From positions 353,834,001-353,898,000 of the forward strand of contig OZ024740.1 in assembly GCA_964016885.1 (NCBI GenBank): a stretch of DNA of 64,000 bases, read 5' to 3'. The notes beneath the pieces were generated by a model that worked only from the letters and a program-made list of their open reading frames with translations, was not told the origin of the DNA and did not search any database. Position numbers and translations under genes: made by a program. This stretch comes from Eledone cirrhosa. Lineage: Eukaryota. Positions 53,222-64,000 of this stretch are shown piece by piece. Position 1 is the stretch's first letter. Each line of letters starts with the position of its first letter.

Positions 53222-53419
53222 GCGCACACACACACACGATTAGAAGTGTTGATAGTACAACTACTATATAAGGCAGAGAGATATTCAAAGATCGAATATG
53301 ATTTTATTATTCACAGTAAGACCGCTGAGAGTTTAATCCAATTTTACATTTCCAATTATAGTAGTATTACCACAGTCGATCGACTTTCGTCAAATCGGGC
53401 CGAGGAAACAATGTTGGTC

Positions 53420-53585
53420 TTTCCAATTGCTATTATTATCTATCTGTCGCAACTCCAGGTAGAAGGAGCAAAGTGAAATAAAGTGTCTTGCTCAGGGATA
53501 TAAGGCATCACCCGGTCCAGGAATAGAACTAACAACCTCATGATTGCGAATCCAATTCTCTAACCACTCAGCAACGCGCCTTCAC
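53420..53585 (-). mobile_element. Second tRNA-derived SINE family
   Basis: Minus strand has A-box gctgagtggttagag, degenerate B-box, and ctgagcaagacacttt core-like motif. Confidence 0.65.
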
Positions 53586-54201
53586 CACATATAAAAGGAA
53601 TAAATAAATAGCCAAGGTCGGATATACTATTTAATTGATTTACACGCGTTTCTTTTATATACAGAAGGCGGTAGTATTTTATTCATTTGTATTGATATCA
53701 TCAGAATCATAGAATAATATAAAACAGATTGTATATTACCAACCGCATGTCCGAATACGAAAACAACTTGAAAACATAAGCAAACATTACATATAGTCGG
53801 GAAAACGTTAAAAATTACAGAAGTCTAAACGCACAAATTGTGAACTTCACGAGCTGGAATGGCTCTTCCAGCGCATCTCTCTTACCATCCTCCGGGAAAA
53901 CGCCTTCTCCATTCTGTCCGCCGGGCTATGGGGAGGCCAGCACGTGGGACCCCATTTGCTCACCATACGGAGAGATGGAGATGACGAGAGAGATGGAGGC
54001 GGTGACAGTGGGAGTTCGGCTCTTCCACGTTCGGACGATATTCTTGTAGTTGTATTCATTAAGCAGTTAATGAGTTTGTTTACTTAACAAAGGTTTTTTA
54101 CATCAAATTGTAATGGAAGGGGTTTTTTTTAAATCAACTTATTTACACTGACAGCATTCTTGAGGCAATCTATTAGTAATAAATATATCATGTAGTGGTT
54201 A

Positions 54202-55551
54202 GTTTGACTCTTAAACTTATATACATACATCGTTTGACTCTTAAACTTATATACATACATCGTTTGACTCTTAAACTTATATACATACATCGTTTGACTC
54301 TTAAACTTATATACATATATCGTTTGACTCTTAAACTTATATACATATATCGTTTGACTCTTAAACTTATATACATACATCGTTTGACTCTTAAACTTAT
54401 ATACATATATCGTTTGACTCTTAAACTTATATACATACATCGTTTAACTCTTAAACTTATATACATACATCGTTTGACTCTTAAACTTATATACATACAT
54501 CGTTTGACTCTTAAACTTATATACATATATCGTTTGACTCTTAAACTTATATACATACATCGTTTGACTCTTAAACTTATATACATACATCGTTTGACTC
54601 TTAAACTTATATACATACATCGTTTGACTCTTAAACTTATATACATATATCGTTTGACTCTTAAACTTATATACATACATCGTTTGACTCTTAAACTTAT
54701 ATACATACATCGTTTGACTCTTAAACTTATATACATATATCGTTTAACTCTTAAACTTATATACATACATCGTTTGACTCTTAAACTTATATACATATAT
54801 CGTTTGACTCTTAAACTTATATACATATATCGTTTAACTCTTAAACTTATATACATACATCGTTTGACTCTTAAACTTATATACATACATCGTTTGACTC
54901 TTAAACTTATATACATACATCGTTTGACTCTTAAACTTATATACATACATCGTTTGACTCTTAAACTTATATACATATATCGTTTGACTCTTAAACTTAT
55001 ATACATACATCGTTTGACTCTTAAACTTATATACATACATCGTTTGACTCTTAAACTTATATACATACATCGTTTGACTCTTAAACTTATATACATATAT
55101 CGTTTAACTCTTAAACTTATATACATACATCGTTTGACTCTTAAACTTATATACATACATCGTTTGACTCTTAAACTTATATACATATATCGTTTGACTC
55201 TTAAACTTATATACATATATCGTTTAACTCTTAAACTTATATACATACATCGTTTGACTCTTAAACTTATATACATATAGCGTTTAACTCTTAAACTTAT
55301 ATACATATAGCGTTTAACTCTTAAACTTATATACATACATCGTTTGACTCTTAAACTTATATACATATAGCGTTTAACTCTTAAACTTATATACATACAT
55401 CGTTTGACTCTTAAACTTATATACATATAGCGTTTAACTCTTAAACTTATATACATATAGCGTTTAACTCTTAAACTTATATACATACATCGTTTGACTC
55501 TTAAACTTATATACATATAGCGTTTAACTCTTAAACTTATATACGTATATC
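54202..55551. repeat. 30-bp minisatellite, ~45 copies (cgtttRactcttaaacttatatacataYaK)
   Basis: Exact 30-bp periodicity. Confidence 0.99.
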
Positions 55552-55905
55552 GACTCAAATAAACATTTAGTAATACTTATAAATTATAATTACGATCAAT
55601 TTAAATATTAATTATATAGTATATTAAGCAAAAATAATATAAAAAATATGGAAGCTTAAATTAGTAATACTATGTCAATAAGTAAGATGATTTCTAATTA
55701 TTAAGAAATATGGCCTGAAGGTTATTACCATTTTTTAATATTGTGTATGTGTGCATACACACACATACATACACACACATGTATATATGTGGTATGTCCA
55801 CATATAAGTGTTTCCATATATATACATACACACACACCATATATATACATACATACACACACACATATATATATATATGATTTTTTTTAGTCCTGTAGAA
55901 GCCTT

Positions 55906-55929
<24 letters not shown>

Positions 55930-55938
<9 letters not shown>

Positions 55939-56230
55939 AAACTGAAATTGTCTGTGCGTGTGTGTCCCCTAATTTTTGCAAAGTCTATACAAATCCACAT
56001 TTCTACCCCGATTGACTTCAAACTTGCATTTATATATTCCTTGCAGTCTAAAGATACTAACTGGAGCTTTTATTTTTCAATTTTCTGTTGTTAAAGGGGT
56101 GTTAGGTGCCGGTTATCAACCTCTCTGTCTTTCTTAGTCTTTCTTTTTAGATATATACATAGCTATATCGAACGCCCTTATAATATCTGTCTGTATGTCT
56201 GGCTGTCTGCATTACGACATTATGACAAAC
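55930..56230 (+). mobile_element. Possible Helitron/Helentron-like non-autonomous element end
   Basis: tatataaaactgaaattgtctgtgcgtgtgtgtcc and ccgattgacttcaaactt motifs. Confidence 0.35.
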
Positions 56231-57323
56231 ATTGGTCTCATTGCTGACGTATTATTTTCGCTATTTTCCGTTCATTGCCAGGGAACGTCTTCACGAACGA
56301 AAGTATCGTCTTCCTGTTTTCCTTTGGATGCAACGTTTTTTTCGAAATATTTACATCTGCGTTCACAGATTGATTTTTATAGTTTCATAAGATCCCGTTA
56401 AGGGTGAAAGCATACGTTGTAAGCAATATCTACTACAGCTACATAGGACTCCCATTACCACTGAACTTTCACCTTTGCGTTCTGCATTTCCATCCGCAGG
56501 CCAACATGGAATGGTCTTCATAGTAGTCAGTTTATTGAGGGAGAAATAGAAGGGTCTCGAATTTGCCGTCCAAAAAACCCATTGACAATAACGAAAACTG
56601 CTAACATCAACGCAGAATGATATATTGTAAGTCGCTTTAACCCGTCTTTTATTAATCAAAAACTTCTTGCCAATAAACATTAACCCTTTGTGCACCATTC
56701 ATCTAACTGTAGACCAACAAATACCAACTAAACGGAGCGTTGATAAGAGCGATGGCGAATGAATCTTCGAGGTGAGCAGTTTCATCCCGAGCTGTTAGTT
56801 CACGCGGGATTCTCTGCTACACCTTTTCGTAATAATATCGAACAACGTACTGCTGGTCATTCCTTCCTCCAAAAGTCGTACAAAGCGGACATGTGCATCG
56901 GGCAGATGGATCGGGTGCAAATCTACACCAGGCCTACGAGAGAAATTCGCAAGGGACTGCACCGAGAGGGATAGAGAGAAAGAGTAACTTAGTGGAAAGA
57001 CTGCGAATGAAGTTTTGAGGTAAGTAGCCTACGCCTTACTGCTATGGCACTGGAACATTCTGCCAACTTAACCTGTGACTTTCTCTTTCACATTTACTCC
57101 AATAGGCCAAAACAGAGTGGAAATGCCGGGGGACAACTATCACAGAAGGAGTATGAAAAGAAGGGGTTCAACAATATTTCCATGAACAATGCACGTAGAC
57201 AGCTAAACTGTACTTTCAACTTCTTAATTTTCTCCAAATAAAACAACATTCTATTTCCATTTCCCGAGCTTCAACCTAATTTCTCTACTTGCTTACCCTT
57301 GCTTGTTTCCTTGGCGTAAATCT

Positions 57324-57358
<35 letters not shown>

Positions 57359-57391
57359 ACACGCGCGCGCGTGTGTGTGTATGTGTATGTT

Positions 57392-57445
<54 letters not shown>

Positions 57446-57511
57446 GAGAGATATATATACATGTATGTATATATATATATATATATATACACACTCAGAC
57501 ACACACACACG

Positions 57512-57630
<119 letters not shown>

Positions 57631-58325
57631 CTTTTGCTGTCAGCATCAAACTAATGTCATCTGTAAGTGGAGGATACACACAATGGCACTCACACAAACA
57701 CACACACATAAATACACACACAAACAAACATTCACTCTAAGAATGCTTTTACTGTCAGCATTGAACTAATGTCATTTGTTGGTGGAAGATACAGTCGTTG
57801 AATATTAATTTCAAAATATGAGATATTTCTTTCAGTTTCTACTTCCTGTGTGCGTATTAAAACGATTTTTCTTTTATATTTCTCAATATCCATTCTGCAT
57901 CTATCTATATGTGTACGTTTGAATATATATCAATGTATATTCCTTATATATTTTTATATTTTTTTACCTCCCAGAAATGTGTTGTTCTGCTGTAGGAAAG
58001 ATATTACAAAAAACCATCTTCAAAAGGCTATACATTAGACAAATCACCTGTCTGAATGCATAGACGTCCGGTGAGTGCTCTAATGAACACGTCAGTCATG
58101 ATATTCGTTAAATATCTTCTAATACGAAATGATTAGTTGCACATTGGATTATAACGACGGTTCTTTCAATGACTTGCTTCAAAAACATAAAACGAGACTA
58201 AAATAATTTTTAACTTCAGATACATTTTGATATATCGTCTCCAATGCAGCTTATTCCCGTTCTTAGCTGTGATTGTTCTGAGACAAAGTCAAAAGTCTTA
58301 CACAATAATCTCTCACTTGCTGTCA

Positions 58326-58365
<40 letters not shown>

Positions 58366-58384
58366 GATATAATGCAAAAACAAG

Positions 58385-58420
<36 letters not shown>

Positions 58421-58523
58421 GTGAATGCGTGTATATATTTGTGTGTGTGTGTGTGTGTGTGTGTGCGCCCGCGCACATATATACACGCATTCACATGCAT
58501 ATAGATTCGCACATACACACATG

Positions 58524-58566
<43 letters not shown>

Positions 58567-58963
58567 TATGCATATGCGTGTGTTTATATATATATAAGAG
58601 AGGTATCTTACATGTTTTATATACATTTGTAGTGGCTATTTCACTGATAATCAACCAGCTTCATAACTTTGATTCGAAACAATTGTCTGTCCAAAGCCAG
58701 CACAACAATTACAGTATCCAATTTCCTATCTGATTTATGGCCGTCAAAGTACGTGTAGGTGTCTGTATATACAGTATATGTATGATGGATATATGGATGG
58801 TCTCATAACTCCTGATTGAGTCGTGGGGGCGCAGTATTGACAAACATCGTTTCTTGGGCATTTTATGCCTGGCGGAGCCCATCCCTCTTCAGGCCTGAGT
58901 ACAGCAGATTTATTCCAGAGAAGGACAGAGAGAGAGGAAAGGAGAAAGTGATATAGAGGAAGA

Positions 58964-59137
58964 ATCGACCCCAGTACAAGACTGGTACTTTTTTTAATAT
59001 TTTTACTTTTTTTTTATCGACCTCGGTAGGATGAAAGGCAAAGTTGACCCCGACGGGATTTGAACTCAGAGAGCAGAGAGTCGGATACCACAAAGCATTC
59101 TATCCGACGTTCTACCGACTATGCTAATTTGTCGCCT
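58964..59137 (-). mobile_element. tRNA-derived SINE
   Basis: ggatgaaaggcaaagttgaccccgacgggatttgaactcag. Confidence 0.8.
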
Positions 59138-61012
59138 ACACGGTATATATGTATATAAGATTTTATAAGTTTAGATATTTCTATTTATTTAATATTTTTA
59201 ATATTCCTTTTTATTTTTACTTTATTTCTACTTTTCATTCTTTATATTGCAGCCTCCTTCTTCCTCTTTACCTAGCTATCCCTAATGCTTTCAACTTTAA
59301 CTCATTTATCGATTTAATAAAATTCCCAAACCATTGTTTCCGAGGAGAGACGGCAGAATGGTTATACTTTTTCGAAGTTAATTGTATGGCGTTACATATC
59401 TGCTATCGATTAGTCTGCAAATCGATAATTTTTGCCCTCTTAAAAGATCGTAATACAATGGATTAATTAACTACTACACCTTGAATCTTTTTCAATGTTT
59501 AACAATATATATATCAACATCAATATATCTGATTCAGTGATTTTTGAATATTCAACGACATGTACTGAGATACTATTTTCCATACATGCAAATTTCGCTT
59601 TGTTTCGATGGGGAATTTAGATCAACACTACTTCGGGCTCGAAAATGGTTATAAGTCCTGCCTAAATTCGGTAGACTATCATTGTATATATATATATGAA
59701 AATTAACAGAGAGGACAAGACAACGAACAAAAACAACGTGTATGTATGTGTGTATGGGTGGTACAGGGGTGAAGAGGTTGTTAGTAGTTATAGAACGACT
59801 ATAGATTGTTAGTAGTATTAGCCGGTGAGGTTGTCCGAGTGCATGTGTGTGGGAGGGGAGGTAGAGCGGTGGGTTGTGGTGGTAGACGAGACTTAGTAGT
59901 GTTAATGGTAGCTGATGTGGTCGAATGAGTGTGTGTTTGTGACTTTCTGTATTGTCTGTAGCGGAAATACTTTTTGTGCGTGTGTGTGAGGGTAAGTGTG
60001 TGTATGTTTCTGTATGGGTATGTCTGTGTGTGAGAATGTGTGTGTATATCTGAAAATCCAAGGGTATTCCAATGTTCAAGAGAAATTATGTGGTTCGCGA
60101 ATGGTGTTAGTGAAGTGGTCAAGTGAGCTCTAAATCGACTTGCAAAAGGAAATAAACTATTCCACTCCAAGACCAAACCAATCAAGATCGACAGAAACAA
60201 ATCAATATTTCCAAGCTGAATTTAATACCGCGATAACTAAGCGGCAAACATAAAATGGCGATATCACATTTTTTGAGTATGTTCCTCTTCCGGTTCTGGC
60301 AACACATTTACAACTAGTTCTCATAAAATAATAAACTATGTTAACTGAATCACATAAAGCGGCGCGAGCCAGGTCCGGTTCATCACTAAACATAACTAAA
60401 TACAATAAATTGTTTTTTCGTCACTTTACAAATTCTATCCCAAATGCCAATATTTTTTCAAACATTAATCATTATAATTTTATAAACACAAATCTAAACA
60501 CTAGGCACAAATCAAACACGGCGAACTGGCTTGTCAAGTAACAATGCAATTAGTACTTTTCAAACCAAAATAACTTTATAACACCACTTTCAATCTTTAT
60601 TTAATGGAAGATGAAAGCACTTGCTTCCAGATATACAATTTCTCCGTTCATAAAAGCAAACTTGTCTAAATCCAAAACCCTGTACAAACCAACATCATCA
60701 TAGGATCTGTTACAAATAGCAGCTAAATATCCATTAAAACAAAATTAATATATACCTCAAATATATAACTTTTGGATTTTTGTAGTTATTTAATGCCTGA
60801 TAAGCTCTGATTGAGTAGATATACAATCATGAATAATACAGTTATGAATAATACCGTCTTTTTAAAAACATTTTTTACAATGTATCTAGAACTACATTCT
60901 ATCGTCTATACTTTTGTTTTAAAGACCATAGTGCTATTTCTGTTAACGTAGGGACTGAGTCTTATGTTAAATGGTATAGGACCAAGAAGTAAATGTCATT
61001 ATATTACAGTAT

Positions 61013-61123
61013 TCAAATCCCGCCGAGGTTGACTTTGCCTTTCATCCTTACGGGGTCGATAAAATAAAGTACCAGTAATGCACTGGGTAATTGCTGGCCT
61101 TGTGCCTAAAGTAGAAACAATTA
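61013..61123 (+). mobile_element. 5'-truncated SINE flanked by a ~20-bp target-site duplication
   Basis: attatattacagtattcaaa at 60998-61017 and 61120-61139. Confidence 0.88.
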
Positions 61124-61417
61124 TATTACAGTATTCAAAGAACGAAGTTATTCGATAATAAACGCAAAACATTTGAGCACGCGTTCTACAGCAATACTTG
61201 TGTCTCTTTGTCCTATTACAGCTAACAAGAGTGCTAACGCCCGTCCTTCTTCATAGTCTTAAATTTCGCTTGGAAATGACTAAAACATTGTTTTCTAATA
61301 CAGGTACGAGCACATAATTTTAGATAAGGAACATACAATTATGTAGACCCCAAGATGAGTAAAGAGTAAGGTTGGTCTTGGTGGTATTCGAAATTTGAAT
61401 CTAAAGGGCATACAATT

Positions 61418-61463
61418 AAATACTAGAGAGTACATTTCCAAAGAAATGTACTCTCTAGTATTT
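61418..61463. repeat. Perfect 21-bp hairpin with a 4-nt loop
   Basis: aaatactagagagtacatttc-caaa-gaaatgtactctctagtattt. Confidence 0.95.
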
Positions 61464-62355
61464 GTATTATGAAATATCCTTTGGAACATCATGGCATTAA
61501 AATGGCAATCGTTCTGGTTTCAAATCTGAAACTGATAGGGAAGAATTTTCTTGTAGGTTAGGCTTGCAATCATGCAACCCAGGCTATGGAATCTGTCATA
61601 GCCAAAAATGATAGTCGGCGTACCCGGCCGAAGGGAGCTATTTGGATAAAACCCTGAACCTTCGACAGTCTATAACGTGAATCGTTTCTGAATTTACTCT
61701 CCTCAAACATATACACACAGACACACACATACACAGCGAAATACGCACGCACAAACACATACGCACGTGCGAGAACATTTTATGGAAAAGTAATGAGTTA
61801 AGACAAGGTAATGTAGATGTAAAGTTCGAAGAATAAATGCTTCGACTATCGTCAATTCTTAATTGCTTAGATTAACTAGCTGTAAACAGTTAACACAAGG
61901 AACTGTCGAATAATTAACAGGAATTTCATTAGTTTCCTATGTTAGTTGACACTCATGCCATGGATAGCAATTAACAATAGATTTATTTACATTTTCTATT
62001 AGTCAAGAAATCAATGTAGCTGTACCAACCATTGTAAATTTACATACTATATGAGGCTTCTTCAGCATGTTTATTGGTTGTGGATGTAGTTGTTGAAGTT
62101 GTGTTGGTTGATGCGTTGTGGTGTGTTATACGTGTTGGTTGGACTGCGAAAAGTAATCAGGACCAACGATAAATTGAGACAGACTAACAAGTAAACTAAA
62201 ACTGCTAATGTGTGTCTTTTTATTTGTCTTTTTTATTTTGTTTTGATGTGCTGGAGTTTGTAAGTGAATGTGTGCATGCGAAGATTTCGTCTTGGTGAGT
62301 GCTATGCCATGACTTGGCTGTGACTGCCCAAATAGCTTGTCCATTGTCTGAGAGG

Positions 62356-62423
62356 GAATAGAGCGAGCCCGAACAGAGCGAGCCCGAACAGAGCGAGACT
62401 GAACAGAGCGAGACCGAATAGAG
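62356..62423. repeat. 15-bp tandem repeat, ~4.5 copies (gaacagagcgagccc)
   Basis: Directly visible. Confidence 0.9.
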
Positions 62424-63151
62424 TAAGCTATTATAGATTTTTTGGTCTGCATTTCATATATGCAGTTTTACCCATGATAATTTTGCTCACTTCGATTTCG
62501 ACATCACGAAATGATACACTATTTTCTACCAGTTCTCAAGCCCATCTTCTACAGGTATTACAATGCCAGTCGGCAAACCCCTCTACGATGCTATATTAAA
62601 AGCGAGGTTCGTTAAAATAACAATGGCATGTGTTGTCGATGAGATGACAGGCACATTTCTTGACGCCCGTGCGTCTGAACATATGCATGCCATTGCGCTA
62701 GTTGAATAACCAGAAAGGTGATGACACAGGTACGTCTGGTGACACTAGTCTATCTCCTGTGACACTGTTACTGATTAACGTATGTATGGATCCATAACTC
62801 TTGGCGGAGTTGTAGGGGCACCGTCATGACATATGGCGTGTCGTGGACATTTTGAACCTGGTGGAGCTCATCTCTTTCCAGATCGGAACGCAGCCGATTT
62901 CTTCTAGAGAAGGTGAGAGAATGAAAGAAATGAAGTAAGAAAGAGACATAGAGAAAAAAAATCGACCTTGACTGGCATGAAAAGCAAAGTTGGTTTCGCA
63001 AAGCATTCTATCTGGCTTCTAACGCTTCGCCAATTCATCGTCTATGTTATTAACTAAAGCAAACTGCTCATATTTGAGTCAACATAAGAGCAGCTGGGCT
63101 GATATGAATATAACAACATGAATCCCTTCTTAGATTACTGCCCATGAAATA

Positions 63152-63315
63152 CGGGTAAAATTCCGTTATAACGAATACCATTATAACGAATTTTTCAGTA
63201 TAACGAATTTTTTTTTAAATCCTCGATTTGTTTCTGTCGATCTCCCTATAAAGAATTTTTCGTTACAACGAATTTTTTAATACCTCGTGAATTTCGTTAT
63301 AACGGAATTTCACTG
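63152..63315. mobile_element. pogo/Tigger-type MITE
   Basis: TA-cgggtaaaattccgttataacgaa ... ttcgttataacggaatttcactg-TA with internal tataacgaa repeats. Confidence 0.75.
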
Positions 63316-64000
63316 TAATAACAATCAACAATATTTATTGAAGTAGTGATAATTGAATGCAGATGAAGCAGAAAAAGCTTTTAGTGGTGAAATGAAAAAT
63401 GCTACCTATTGAAACTTCTTTAAAATCGGAACAGCGTATGGAGCTTACATACGAGAGGCGGAAACATAACGGAGTCGCCATTATAGAAAAATTTTAAATT
63501 GTATACAGGATAAATAAAATTAAATAACATTTAACAATAGTTTTATCTATATTCTCTACTGATCGATAAAATAATATAGCTGTGACAAACTATACCAGTC
63601 TGTATAAATAATGCATACGATATGAGGCTTCGATTCTAACACCAATACATAAAAAGAGTAGTGTTGTTAACCGCCATACCATACTACTATCTCACACTCC
63701 ATAGGAATATAACATTAAACTACGAGAGGAACCCAAGGCGGATAGTGACTTAGTTTAGCTTAACTAACATTATGTTATTTGTTTATTAGGTCTCTATTTT
63801 ACACAACTCTATAATTAGAATCATTAACGTAACTGGTCTTTCTAATTGGTGATTGCCTAACATGTGGTACTTCACCGGCCAACTGTGCGGACTTTAGTTA
63901 TTTAATTAAATTTCAAACATTTTTAAACATTCAATTTTAATTTTCAATTCCTAAAATTAACCCTAACTTTAACTTCTTAACAATTTTAACCTGCAATTTC

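Noticed and set aside
54129-55558. Long ORFs (456 aa, 361 aa) and a CRISPR-like look
   Set aside because: Pure 30-bp tandem repeat with no unique spacers; the ORFs are artefacts of a stop-free unit whose length is a multiple of three
62126-62452. RS-rich ORF resembling an SR protein
   Set aside because: Explained by a 15-bp tandem repeat; no RRM or exon context

Overview
AT-rich, microsatellite-saturated animal DNA with no recognisable host protein-coding gene. Nearly all listed ORFs are translations of (TA)n/(CA)n/(CATA)n tracts. The repeat repertoire suggests an octopus/cephalopod genome (inference only). Supportable content: many RTE-clade LINE fragments (one near-intact 2.4 kb copy, one 5'-inverted copy, internally deleted non-autonomous derivatives), two R4/Dong-like restriction-endonuclease LINE remnants, an L1/Tx1 3' end between 1.77-kb direct duplications, Penelope-like (PLE) remnants, tRNA-derived SINEs, a Chapaev3-like and a Tc1/mariner DNA transposon, MITEs and a 45-copy 30-bp minisatellite. 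The most striking signal is non-coding: about ten type I hammerhead-ribozyme (HHR) folds from several unrelated families, read by eye. They include an ORF-less 588-bp tandem unit with one HHR per unit (retrozyme-like) and two families with a compensatory U3-A8 core. There is also a recurrent class of fold-back elements in (TA)n tracts whose symmetry axis falls in a ribozyme helix. All calls are by manual motif and base-pair reading, with no database search or folding program.
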